A DNA stretch of 63,788 nucleotides, the filler included, from Malacoraja senta (Eukaryota): the NCBI GenBank assembly GCA_038087875.1. It is 3 parts of 3 records of this genome, joined end to end, with 100 filler letters (N's around TTAATTAATTAA, not from the genome) between each part and the next. Parts side by side here need not be neighbours in the genome. Positions count along the whole stretch, not along the records: positions 1 to 30,807 come from JAXLNO010003642.1; positions 30,908 to 58,999 come from JAXLNO010001569.1; 1 more part is not named here. One strand, 5' to 3'. The notes beneath the pieces are model-generated. The model saw only the letters and a list, made by a program, of their open reading frames with translations, searched no databases and had not been told where the DNA came from. Below are positions 26,370-37,886 of the stretch, in pieces. Every line of letters starts with the position of its first letter. Within the stretch, counting starts at the first letter, position 1. The translations under genes and the position numbers were made by a program.

Positions 26370-29311
26370 TGTGATGTATATGCAAATGTGCCTGTACATC
26401 GTGACCTTCTAGAAGTTTCCGTTGGTTGTTCAGATTAAATTTTACTTACACGATGGTGGACGTGTATTCATTGTACTAGTCACAACAGGGCCTTACAGAG
26501 AACATTACATGGTGTCAAAGTTAAAAAAAAACTAAAGAAAAGAATGGCAGGACTCAAGCCTCAGGGGCCACTCTCCATGCAAGGAAACTTGGCCAAGAAT
26601 TATAAGGGCTGGATAAGGGCATTCCAGCTGTACGAGACGGCAACAGAACTGACGGGTAAGCCTGCAAAGATTTGGTGTGCAACATTCCTCCACATGGCTG
26701 GACCAGCAGCTCAGCAGGTTTATGAGACCTTTCGGTTCACCCCTGAGGAAAGTGACAAAATACAACCGCTGAAGAGGAGTTTCAGACATATTGTGAACCA
26801 AAAAAGAACTTAACTGTCACAAGATACTTATTTAATACACGTAATCAGCGGCGAGGGGAGACCTTCTCCAGCTACCTGTCTGCATTGAAGTCTTTAGCTA
26901 ATGATAGCGAGTTTGGCATTATCCATGACTCATTGCTGCGAGACAGAGTTGTCTGCGGCATCACCAGCCAGCCGCTCCGGGAAAAACGACTACAATGCGA
27001 TGATTTAACACTGGAAAAATGCAGTGATGTGTATGATCGCCGAAGCATCAGCCGAGCATGTGAAGCAGTTTGCCCCAACCGCCATCGTCACCAAAGAGAC
27101 AGTTGGTTAAGTGAAACGGGACAGCGCCAGTCGGCCATGGGGCCGAGGCAGGGATTCGCGACCCAGACAGCCACAGACAGAAATCCGCGATTCGGGTAAG
27201 GATACCGTCTGCCAGTCATGCAACCGCGGCCATAAAGGCAACTACTGCCCCGCTCAGTACATGAGATGTTATACCTGCGGAGAGATTGGACATCTTTCCA
27301 GATCACCCGACTGCCCGGTAAATAGAGCGCCCAACCGCCGCCCACGTCCCCGAAACATGACCGGCTAATCAGACAAAAGGCCGGGGACTGGTGCCGTGAC
27401 GTCTACGACATCGAGTTCCAGATGAACGCTTCACCGCTGCCTGAGCCAGTGGACGACGACGTTGATGTATTCTACATTGACGCCTTGATTGACGCCGTTA
27501 TTGAGTCAACGTATGAATGGGGACAGGTGTGCAGCATCAACAATGTGAACATTGAGTTCAAACTCGACTCTGGAGCTCAAGTGGACATCCTGCCAGAGCA
27601 CTTGTTCAGAAAGACTGGACTTGCCTTACTGAACACGAACGTGACACTGAGGTCATACTCTGGACATACAATGAAGCCTGTGGGGCAGGCAAAGGGGAAC
27701 GTCAAAGTAGGTAAGAAAGAACATAGGGTTGTCTTTCAAATAGTGGAGGGGAATGTGAAACCCATATTTGGGAAACTAACGTGTGAAAAGTTAGGGCTTC
27801 TTGTGCGAAAGGAGGCGGTTGATGGCGTGAGTGTGAGCCCATCATACACTGCGAGGATTATTGAGGAAAACCGCGAGATTTTCCAAGGGCTGGGAAGGCT
27901 AAAAAGACATGATTACACCATAGTGCTGCAAGGGAACGTGCAACTTAAGCAAAACCCACCCCGCACTATCCCCTATAAGATCAGGGATAAGGTCAAAGCC
28001 GAATTAGAGCGCATGGAAAGCTTGGGAGTCATAAAGCCCGTGAGTGAACCGACAAATTGGGTGAATTCCGCCAAGTGGCGAAGTCCGCATATGCCTTGAC
28101 CCACGTGACCTCAATGCGGCCATTTGTAGGGAGCATTTCCCGATGCCGACGTTCGAGAACATTGCAGCCCGCATGCCGAAGGCAGAATGGTTCTCGAAAT
28201 TTGACGCTACAAGTGCGTACTGGCAGTTCCCACTGAGCGATGACAGCTCGCGTCTGACCACATTTAATACTCCCTTTGGGAGATACCGATACCTCGTGCT
28301 TCCATTTGGAATCTCATCTGCAAGTGAGATTTGGCAGCGGGCGATGCAGGAAGAGTTTGGCGATTTAGAATGGGTGGAGATAGTCGTTGACGACATTCTC
28401 GTTTGGGGTGTGAATGCAGCACAACATGACGCAAGGGTGAAAGCCCTACTCGAACGGGTGAAAGAATCAGGCCTAAAGCTCAATCCCAGAAAGTCTGTAA
28501 TGCGCTCACACGAGAATGAATATGTGGGACACGTCATCTCGCAAGCAGGCGTGTCACCAAGCCCATCTCGTGTCAGCAGCATGGTACAAATGCCATACCC
28601 GACAAACAAGGCTGAAGTGCAAACGTTCTTGGGGATGGTGACATACATGGCCAAGTTTATTCCAAACCTTTCGGTGATTCGGAGATCACCGCCCCACTTA
28701 GACAGCTAACAGAAAAGGGAGTAGCGTGGCATTTGGTGCAGAAACACAGATAGGCAGTAGACCAGCTGAAGTCTCTACTCACATCGCCACCCGTACTCAA
28801 ACTGTATGATGTGAATGTGCCCGTCTCAATTGCCACAGACACTTCCAACAGCGGTTTTGGAGCGGTCCTAATGCAAGACAAGAGACCTGTTGCCTACGCA
28901 TCACGACGTGTGAACGCGGCCGAGCGCAACTATGCGACTATAGAGAAGGAGTTGTGCTCCATATTGTACGCATGCAGAAGGTTTCATGACTTCATTGTCG
29001 GTCAGCGCACAGTAATCTTTACTGACCACAAACCGTTAGTTGGCTTGCTCGCCAAGCCCCCACACACACTAAGCCCCAGACTCCAGTGCATGTGAATGCA
29101 CCTGCTACAGTACGATCTGGAGATACGGTGGAACCCGGGACATGAAATGTTTGCCCCCGATGCCCTGATCTGGCTGCCCAGTGCAAACATGCCTGCGGAA
29201 GACCACATCACATTGCCGAACTTTTGATACACGCTGTAGATGCCATCCTACACATGTCAGACGAGCGCCTTGTGCAGTTCAAAGCTGAAACAGAAAAAAA
29301 TCGAACCCTAA

Positions 29312-29800
29312 AGGCTCTGTCTTACCTGTTTGCGGTCATCGGCGGTGAAGCGCGGCGTCGCTGGTAGCGGGGACCGCGCGGCAACGGCGAGAGCGTCGAG
29401 CCTATCCACCGAAGCGCCGCACGGATGCTGCGCGGGGGCCGAGTAATTCAAACATGGCGGGTCCCACGTGCTTGCGGTAAGTAAAAAAAAGGGCGGGCCG
29501 ACTACGATGACGTCGGCTCGCCGCACGTGACTCACTAGCGGCGGCTGTGGCGGCGGCCATCCTGATCGCGGCGCTGTAGCGGTGGCTGTGCCTGCGGCCG
29601 TGCCGCACACATGCCTCACTGGCGGAGGTTGTGCGGTAAGCATATAGTTTTCAACATTGTCGGTTTTATTTTAGCACCGTGCGGTGTTGGGAACACCGCC
29701 GCACAGCCCCGGAATTGTACGTTCTCACAAGTGCGCGGTCTATGGCGGCAGATTCTTCCCGTTTTGCCGCCAATGACCGCAGACTCGTGAGACAGGCCTT
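29312..29800. mobile_element. Harbinger-like MITE inserted in Gypsy 3
   Basis: TAA precedes AGGCTCTGTCTTAC; the right end GTGAGACAGGCCT is an imperfect inverted repeat; the GC-rich interior is unrelated to pol. Confidence 0.65.
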
Positions 29801-29916
29801 TTACACTGTTGTGCGAGTGCATAACAAAGGGTTGGCCTAGTAACAGGCGTCATCTGCCCTCAGACCTGATTACGTTTCATACATACCATGATGAGCTGGT
29901 TGAAGTCGATGGATTA

Positions 29917-30058
29917 AGGGCCTGTCCCATCAGCATGCGACTGCATGTGGCAAGTGCGACCAAACCGGAAGCGGGGGCCGCATCGAAGTGGGATCGGCCC
30001 CGCAAGGCCGCACGGCTACCGCGACCACATGCAGTCGCATGTTCATGGGACAGACCCT
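29917..30058. mobile_element. 142-bp Harbinger-like MITE inserted in the Gypsy 3 integrase region
   Basis: TTA duplication (29914-16 and 30059-61); long TIRs AGGGCCTGTCCCATCAGCATGCGACTGCATGTGG. Excision restores the frame DGLVLRENRILVP. Confidence 0.88.
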
Positions 30059-30807
30059 TTAGTCTTGAGGGAAAACCGGATTTTAGTCCCCCAAAGCATG
30101 CGAAGGCAGATGCTGAACGTGCTACATGAATCAAACCTGGGAGTAGTGAAACTGAAACAACGAGCCCGCAATTTATTTATGTGGCCTGGAATGAATGCAC
30201 AGATTGAGGACACATTGGGAAATTGCTCGATATGCCAGGCGACCAGGAAAGCACAAGCAAGCGAGCCGCTCCAACCATACTTCATCCCCAGCAGACCTTG
30301 GTCTAAGGTCGGTGCAGACATCTTCCATCTAGATGGAGTTGACCATTTGCTTGTAGTGGACTATTACTCCAAGTACCCAGAAATAGCGCAACTGACAGAC
30401 ATGACGTCACATTCGGTGATAGGCGAGATGACGGGCATGTTTGCCCGGAATGGCATTCCTGACTTGGTGATGACAGACAATGCGAGACAATTTGACTGTG
30501 CTTCTTCTTCTGTCATAGATACATAGATACATAGAAAATAGGTGCAGGAGTAGGCCATTCGGCCCTTCGAGCCTGCACCGCCATTCAATATGATCATGGC
30601 TGATCATCCAACTCAGTATCCCGTACCTGCCTTCTCTCCATACCCCCTGATCCCTTTAGCCACAAGGGCCACATCTAACTCTCTCTTAAATATAGCCAAT
30701 GAACTGGCCTCAACTACCCTCTGTGGCAGAGAGTTCCAGAGATTCACCACTCTCCGTGTGAAAAGGTTTTTCCTCATCTCGGTCTTAAAGGATTTCCCCC
30801 TTATCCT

Positions 30808-30907
30808 NNNNNNNNNNNNNNNNNNNNNNNNNNNNNNNNNNNNNNNNNNNNTTAATTAATTAANNNNNNNNNNNNNNNNNNNNNNNNNNNNNNNNNNNNN
30901 NNNNNNN
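30808..30907. other. Assembly gap with artificial linker
   Basis: 44 N + TTAATTAATTAA + 44 N = 100 bp, the same layout as 59000-59099. Confidence 0.95.
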
Positions 30908-33900
30908 ACCACGGACAGCTATTGTATGGTGTGTGTTAGTGATTTAATAAACCATCAGTAAAAGACTCTGTGTAGGAACCAACTCATTTTACATGGTGTC
31001 GAAGTGGTAGACTCGCGTCTCCTGTTTATCGGTTTTTCTTTTTATTCTTTGCTTTCTCCCAGTTGTTCACGTCTCCCCCCCGTTTTCATTATGTCCAATT
31101 CCTGTCGTCGACCCGACATATTGGTCTTTGACACGGACATTGTCCACCGCTGGACTGTGTTCCAGCGCGACTTTGAACATTACACAGCCATCGCTCATCC
31201 TAATGCCACCCCTGCTGTGCAGGCTCACCTGCTGCTCAACCTCGCTGGCCCGGAGGCCATGGATCACTATGCTTCATTCGACTTCGCCCCCGGAGAAGAC
31301 CGTCGGGACCCGGTATGTCTCATTGATAAATTCACTGCCCTCTGTGATATCCCTACCAATAACATTATTGAACGCTTTAAATTCTTCCAGAGGCGGCAGA
31401 ATCCCGACGAGCATATTGACGCTTTTATTGCCTCTTTGCGTCATATGGCTCGGCGCTGTCGCCTTGAAACAATCTCCACGGACGAATTGATCAGGGATGT
31501 CCTGGTCAATGGTCTCCTGAACGCTAAGCTGCGTGACGAGCTCCTTATGAAACCTGATTTGACACTAAGGGAGGCTATGTATTCCCCTCGTATGGCCTCT
31601 GCTGTTAGCTCCGTGTCTCAACCGGTGTCCCAGGACATTAACTTTACCGGTGCAGCTGGACGCCGGCGGAACGCTGGTCCGCCACGACGAAACCCCGCCG
31701 CAATGCCCGCTAAGGTCACCCCACGCCGTTGCCCCAATTGTAATTTTTCTTTCCACCAATTCAACGTTTGCCCCGCGCAGGGTAAGACTTGTAATTCCTG
31801 TGGCAAACTGAACCACTTTTCGGCGGCTTGTCGGTCCCGTGATAAGCTGCTCCCTGCTCCAAGGAGGAATTTAAACAACCTTGCAGACCCTGATAGCGCG
31901 CTTGGTTATCAGTACCAGTCGGACTTTGATAGGAGCTCCTCCCATGGTGATTCAACGGTGTTTTTGCTTTTGGGTGCACCTGCTACGATAACAGATTCCT
32001 CTGTGCATGTTACTGTTAATGGTCATTCATTCTCTGCCAAGGTCGATACTGGTGCCTTTTCAAATGTTATGTCTATCAGCCTTTTCAAGCGGATAAGATC
32101 TGGGGAGATAGTTACTCCCGATGACACCCGCCTTCATGTCTATGGGGGAGGAGTTCTAGTTCCAGTGGGGAAGGCCACGCTTATCTGCACAGTCCTTGAG
32201 ACCTCTCGGCCCCTCACCTTCCACCTGCTGGATTCTGACAACGTCACCCTGTTGGGCGCCCGTGCGTGCCAGGACCTTGGCTTGGTTTCTTTCCACCGCG
32301 GAATTCACCTGGTGCAGGCCCCCATGGACCCCCTGGGCGAATACCCCGACCGGTTTGATGACATTTTGGGCAAATTGCCCTGTGACTATAAAATCATTGT
32401 CGACCCGAGTGTCGACCCGGTGGTTCGACCGGCCCACCGCGTCTCCTTTGCTATGAAGGGCCGCGTGGAATCTACTCTGCGTGATATGGTGACCATGGGC
32501 ATCCTCAAGGAGGTGAGCGCTCCCACCAGGTGGGTCTCAAACTTGGTTGTCGCTGCCAAGAAGGATAAGAGCGAGATCCGGATCTGCATTAACCCAAAGG
32601 ACCTGAACCTGGCCATCAAGCGCCCGCACTACCCCATGCGGACGGTGGAGGACGTCGCAGCACAAGTCGGTCCTGACACTGTCTTCTCTGTCTTAGACGC
32701 CAAAAGCTCATTCTGGCAGATCCCTTTAGATGAACCTTCCTCATTCCTGACCACCTTCATCACACCTTTCGGCAGGTTCCGTTTCCTCCGTATGCCGTTT
32801 GGGATCAACTCGGCTAGTGAGGTTTTCCAGCGCACCATGGAACAGCTGTTTGCTGGGTTGCCGTGCGCTATCATCGTGGATGACATCCTGGTGTACGGGA
32901 GGGACGTCGCTGAGCACGACCTGCACCTCCGCAAAGTCCTGGACAGGGCTCGTAAAATCAATCTCAAGCTCAACCCCAAGAAGTGTCGGTTCCGGGTCCT
33001 GGAAGTCACTTACGTTGGTCACGTTTTCACGGCAGGGGGTTTAAAGCCTGACCCCCAGAAAACATCAGCAGTCACCGAGATGCCCGCTCCTACTGACGTT
33101 CCCGGCCTGCAGCGCTTCCTGGGCCTGGTCAATTACCTGGGGAAGTTCGTACCTGACATCAGCGAACTGAGTGCTCCCCTGAGGGAGCTGATAAAAAAGG
33201 ACTCCGCATGGATCTGGCTCCCGCATCACCAGTTGGCGTTCGTGGCTCTGAAGTCCAAGCTCACACACACACCGACTCTCAAGTTCTTCGATCTGCACAG
33301 ACCAATTGTCCTCACTTGTGATGCCTCTAAGTTCGGTCTCGGTGCCGCATGTCTGCAGCTTTATGACGGCCTGCAGCTACCTGTCTCCTACGCTTCTCGC
33401 ACCATGACCCCTGCCGAGCAACGTTATGCACAGATCGAGAAGGAGCTACTTGCCGTGGTGTTCGCCTGCTCCAAGTTTAGGGATTACATTCTGGGCAACA
33501 CCTTCACCATTGAGACTGACCACCAGCCACTGGTCACTATTCTGAATAAGCCTATCCATGTCGCCTCTTCCCGGTTGCAGTGGATGATGCTGCAGCTCCA
33601 GCGTTTCACGTTCCGGATTGTGTACCGCAAGGGCAAAGATATGTTTGTGGCCGACACATTGTCCCGTGCGCCGCTCCCTTCAGTTGCCCACCACCCGTAC
33701 GAATCCTCTGACCTGATGGTCCTGAATGTTAACATTGTTCCATCCCAGCAGATGCAGTCCCTGGTCAAACACACTGCTGATGATCCTGCCCTGCAAGAAC
33801 TTGTGGACGTTATCCGCCGTGGTTGGCCTGACCGACGCTCTTCCCTGCCGGCTGGTGCCCTCCCCTACTTCCTGGTTCATGATGAACTAGTGCTACATGA

Positions 33901-35487
33901 CGGCGTGGTGGTGAAGGGTCACAAGGTCGTGGTGCCGGCCGCTCTGCGGGATCACTATTTTCAATCTGCACACAATGGCCACCCCGGGGTGGAGGCCACT
34001 TTGTCCCAGGCCCAGAGCCAATTCTACTGGCCAGGCATGGCTCAGGACATCCGTGACAGGGTCTCCGTTTGCGCTGCCTGTAACAGTCTCCTGCCTCATC
34101 AGCAGCGCCAGCCCCTCCTGCAGCAGCCGGCCCCCGAGCTACCGTGGATGTATATTGCCACGGACCTTTTCGAATGGCGTGGCAAGCATTTCCTGGTCCT
34201 GGTGGACTCATACTCCAGTTGGTTTGAGGTGGATCAGCTGCCTTCCATCACCTCTGCCGCCGTCATCGGGAAGCTTCGCCAACACTTTTGCACCCATGGA
34301 CCCCCGGTGACCCTCCAATCGGACAACGGCAGCCAGTTCTCCAGCGCCGAGTTCCGTGCCTTCGCTGCCCGTTGGAACTTTCGTCACATCACCAGCAGCC
34401 CTGAGTATCCGCAGAGCAACGGCCTTGCGGAACGCGCCGTCCGCAGTGCCAAGGAGCTGCTGGAACACTGCCGCCTTTCACATTCCGACTTCTACCTTGC
34501 CCTCCACAACCTCCGCAACATTTCCCACGACCCCGCGCTCGGTTCACCTGCCCAACGCCTCATGTCCCGCACCACTAGACCACCCCTCCCTGTCTCGCAA
34601 CAGTCCCTCAAACCCTCGGTCCAGAACCCTGCTGCTGTCACAGAGCGCATCATCGAGAAGAAAGCCATCCAGAAGCGCTCCTTGGTCAAGTCGGCCCGGC
34701 CGCTTCCTTGCCTGTTCCCGGGCTAGGTGGTTCGGATGCAGTCCCCCTCCGGGCACTACAGGCTGGCCGTAGTGGTTGGTAATGCCGGCTCTCCCCGGTC
34801 ATACCTCGTCGACTATGAGGGCGCTATCTACCGTCGGTCATGCCAGCACCTCCTGCTCGTCAACGAGCCTCCTCCGCCTCCCGCGGACCCGTTTCAGCCA
34901 CCTATCCCTTCCATTCTGCCCGAGGCTCCGCCAGCCCCTGTCACTCCTCGCATGTCGCAGAAACTGCCCTCCCAGCTCTCTATGCCCCACGCTCACAAGC
35001 CTCTTTCCCCTGCCTTGCCTGCCAGCGTGCCCGTTTCGCCTCGCTGTACTCCTCCGTCTCCAGTTCGTTCCCCGCGCGGCTCTCCCACCTCTTTCCCTGA
35101 CTCTGTCCCTTCTGCTCCTGCGGTTGAGGGGGAATGCAGGTTGCGCACCCGCTATGGTCCGTTACGGGGAGCTCGCTTAGCTGTGTTATGACACGATTAA
35201 CTGTTCCCAGCGCGGTTTGTAATCCTAGCGTATGAGCAATGGTCGCTCTGTGTATTGCCATGTTTTTGTTTCCAAGAGGAGGGATGTAGATCAGTGCATG
35301 TTCCTTTAACTTAGTGACCTCACCACTACTAACCACTCCCCATTGTCTCTCCTATAATTGTAAGGTTCCCACCACCAGCCCTCTCTCTAGCTCCAGTGAT
35401 GACCACGGACAGCTATTGCATGGTGTGTGCTAGTGATTTAATAAACCATCAGTAAAAGACTCTGTGTAGGAACCAAGTCATTTTACT
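30908..35487 (+). mobile_element. Ty3/Gypsy LTR retrotransposon 2, near intact, sister family of element 1
   Basis: Partial 5' LTR 30908-30993, PBS TGGTGTCGAAGTGG (resembles the complement of a tRNA-Leu 3' end), PPT CCAAGAGGAGGGA, 3' LTR 35285-35487. Confidence 0.97.
31091..34726 (+). CDS. Gypsy single-ORF Gag-Pol polyprotein
   Basis: Zinc knuckles CPNC...C and CNSCGKLNH...C, PR KVDTGA, RT IIVDDIL, RH LTCDAS, IN H...H...CAAC with D,D,E motifs. TAG at 34724 stands where element 1 has Q (FPGQVVR), and the frame continues to 35191. Confidence 0.95.
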   Translation: MSNSCRRPDILVFDTDIVHRWTVFQRDFEHYTAIAHPNATPAVQAHLLLNLAGPEAMDHYASFDFAPGEDRRDPVCLIDKFTALCDIPTNNIIERFKFFQRRQNPDEHIDAFIASLRHMARRCRLETISTDELIRDVLVNGLLNAKLRDELLMKPDLTLREAMYSPRMASAVSSVSQPVSQDINFTGAAGRRRNAGPPRRNPAAMPAKVTPRRCPNCNFSFHQFNVCPAQGKTCNSCGKLNHFSAACRSRDKLLPAPRRNLNNLADPDSALGYQYQSDFDRSSSHGDSTVFLLLGAPATITDSSVHVTVNGHSFSAKVDTGAFSNVMSISLFKRIRSGEIVTPDDTRLHVYGGGVLVPVGKATLICTVLETSRPLTFHLLDSDNVTLLGARACQDLGLVSFHRGIHLVQAPMDPLGEYPDRFDDILGKLPCDYKIIVDPSVDPVVRPAHRVSFAMKGRVESTLRDMVTMGILKEVSAPTRWVSNLVVAAKKDKSEIRICINPKDLNLAIKRPHYPMRTVEDVAAQVGPDTVFSVLDAKSSFWQIPLDEPSSFLTTFITPFGRFRFLRMPFGINSASEVFQRTMEQLFAGLPCAIIVDDILVYGRDVAEHDLHLRKVLDRARKINLKLNPKKCRFRVLEVTYVGHVFTAGGLKPDPQKTSAVTEMPAPTDVPGLQRFLGLVNYLGKFVPDISELSAPLRELIKKDSAWIWLPHHQLAFVALKSKLTHTPTLKFFDLHRPIVLTCDASKFGLGAACLQLYDGLQLPVSYASRTMTPAEQRYAQIEKELLAVVFACSKFRDYILGNTFTIETDHQPLVTILNKPIHVASSRLQWMMLQLQRFTFRIVYRKGKDMFVADTLSRAPLPSVAHHPYESSDLMVLNVNIVPSQQMQSLVKHTADDPALQELVDVIRRGWPDRRSSLPAGALPYFLVHDELVLHDGVVVKGHKVVVPAALRDHYFQSAHNGHPGVEATLSQAQSQFYWPGMAQDIRDRVSVCAACNSLLPHQQRQPLLQQPAPELPWMYIATDLFEWRGKHFLVLVDSYSSWFEVDQLPSITSAAVIGKLRQHFCTHGPPVTLQSDNGSQFSSAEFRAFAARWNFRHITSSPEYPQSNGLAERAVRSAKELLEHCRLSHSDFYLALHNLRNISHDPALGSPAQRLMSRTTRPPLPVSQQSLKPSVQNPAAVTERIIEKKAIQKRSLVKSARPLPCLFPG

Positions 35488-36230
35488 CTTTATCTGATAT
35501 AGTATTCTTTAATTTGAAAGGTATACCTTTTCAAATAGGAATAGCCGTACCTCTAGATTTAGAAGTAAATGACGAATAATATGTTTGACCTATCCACTTC
35601 GCCTTTAATCTCATTTGTGTTTGTTGTTTCATGTGGGTTTCTTGCAAAAAAATTATGTTGCTTTTCAAAGATTTTAGGTGAGCAAAAATGTTACCCCTCT
35701 TTGTTGGTTCATTGGCACCCCTTATATTCCAAATACAGAATGTGATTCCTCCATTCTTTATTTGTCTATCGTCTTGCATTGTATATCAAAATAGTATTCA
35801 TGAATCATATGGTGCAAACAAATACCTCAGAATTCTGGGTGTTGGGTGGTCATCCCAAGTCTTTAAGTTTATATTACATCTCCTTCTCCAAAAGTACCTT
35901 AGATAAAGAAAGAAGAATTGTGATATAAAGTTGATTACAAAAAAACGAAGCAAATACAAATTTGTGTAGTGATTTTTAAAAAAAAGTGAAGTTAAGGTAT
36001 CTAACAAAAGACAAATAGCCACCTAAGGTGGCAAAAAATTTATGGACTTCCATGGTGTTGTTTTACATTGAACTCCAATCCCTTATTAATACCTCATAAA
36101 AAGCTACAGACCGTCTCATATCCTGTTTGTTCTTATTTAAATTTATAAACTAGCACTAGTAAAAACCAAAAAGACACAGAGAAAAAATATAAAAAAGTTA
36201 AAAATATATATATATATATATGTTTATGAG
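35488..36230 (-). mobile_element. L1/Tx1-type LINE fragments (endonuclease N-terminus)
   Basis: ORF 35531-35779: IWNIRGANEPTKR...IIFLQETH...SSFTSKSRGTAI. Confidence 0.85.
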
Positions 36231-36570
36231 ATTTATGAGCATATTGTCGGGGCTCAAGGGTGTGCACAAGAGGGAGAGATTGGGCAAGCCAGGGCTTTAT
36301 TCCATGGAGCACAGGAGGCTGAGGGGTGATCATATAGGGGTGATCATGAGGGGAATTGATAGAGTGTATGCCCAGAGCCTTTTACCCAGAGAAGGGGAAT
36401 CAAATAACCAGAGGACATGGGTTGAATGTGAGAGGGGGAAGATTTAATTGGAACTTGGGACAATCTTTGTGCTCAGAGAGTGGTCAGCATATGGAATGAC
36501 CTGCCAGAGAATGGAGTTGCGGCAGGTACAATAACAATATTTAAAAGACACATGGACAGGGACATGCATA

Positions 36571-37045
36571 GGTAGATAAAAGTGCTGGAGAAACTCAGCG
36601 GGTGAGGCAGCATCTATGGAGCGAAGGAAATAGGCAACATTATGGGCCGAAAACCCTTCTTCAGACTGATGTGAGGGTGGGGGGGAGTGGGGGGGCGCAG
36701 GAAGAAGAAAGGAAGAGGTGGAACCAGTGGGCTGAGGGAGAGCTGAGAAGGGGAGGAGAAAGTAAGGACTACCTGAAATTAGAGAAGTCAATGTTCATAC
36801 CGTTGGGGTGTAAACTACCCAAGCGAAATATGAGGTGCTGCTCCTCCAATTTACGGTGGTCCTCACTCTGGCCATGGAGGAGGCCGAGGGCAGAAAGGTC
36901 GGATTTGGAATGGGAGGGGGGAGTTGAAGTGCTGATCCACCGGGAGATCAGGTTGGTTGTTGCGAACCGAGCGGAGGCGTTCGGCGAAACGATCGCCAAG
37001 CCTGCGCTTGGTCTCACTGATGTAGAGCAGCTGACATCTAGAGAG
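36571..37045 (-). mobile_element. Penelope-like element 3' fragment (GIY-YIG C-terminus and terminal repeat)
   Basis: ORF 36769-37071 ...HRKLEEQHLIFRLGSLHPNGMNIDFSNFR, the same family as 59725-61328. Confidence 0.85.
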
Positions 37046-37886
37046 AAACGTTTTGAATGATGTCTACCCATTGCAGGGTAAATGGGACTAGCTTAAATGG
37101 GATATCTTGATTAGCATGGACAAGTTGGGCCAAAGGGCTTGTTTCAATGCTGTCTGACTCTATGACTGCTTTATAGCAAAGAGCGCTGCTGCCTCACAGC
37201 TCCAGTGATCCGGGTTCAATCATCTCCAGTGCAGTCTGTGTGGAGTATAAGCATTCTCCCTGTGACAATGTTTGTTCTCCAGTTTCCTCCCACATACCAA
37301 AAATGTGCTGAATTAGTAGATTAAGCCACGGCTGCAAATAGGTGGATTTGTGGCATTGATAGAAATGAGAAAGATCCATTTTGGGGAAAATTAGTGTTGG
37401 AATAATTTTGTTCTCTGGGCTAGAGGGGGCTCAGGAGGCTGAAAGACCTCTTTCTCTGTCACATGGAATTATGGGCAGTTATTTATCCTTGAATTGCCTT
37501 CTTTCTCATTTTAGTCAACAATGTAAAATTGAAGTAATTGTCTGGATTGAACTATTTAAAAGTTGTAGATGAAAGGAAGAGCAGAGGCTGCTTTCCTCCA
37601 CACACAAAGTGCTAAGGAACTCAACGGGTCAAGCGGCATCTTTGGAGAACATGGGAAGGCAGATATTTCGGGTGCGGATCCTACTTGAGACTGAAGTTGG
37701 GTCACGTTAGAACATGCTTTGTACTCACACCCGCAGTCCAGTGTTAGTTTTCAAGGATTTTTTTTATTAACAGCTTGTAGTTGTTACATATTCAGCAGAG
37801 AGAAGACGAGACAAACTAAAGCACCTGCAAAACACAACTGAAAGACTGCAGAAAGAAGCTTGAAAAGAAGGCTCTTATCTAAACAA

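Larger units (their letters stand above)
26370..30513 (+). mobile_element. Ty3/Gypsy LTR retrotransposon 3, degraded and 3' truncated
   Basis: LTR 26370-26509 (TGTG...TACA) then PBS TGGTGTCAAAG. Gag MAGLKPQGPL..., PR FKLDSGA (27422-28099), RT IVVDDIL (28143-28709), RH IATDTS, IN VGADIF and VMTDNA; many frameshifts. Confidence 0.92.

Noticed and set aside
24163-26399. Pro/Ser/Leu-rich and Arg/Gly/Glu-rich ORFs
   Set aside because: Translations of the GA satellite, which lacks stop codons by composition.
30852-30863. TTAATTAATTAA as a biological motif
   Set aside because: Centred in N runs in an identical layout twice; an assembly linker.
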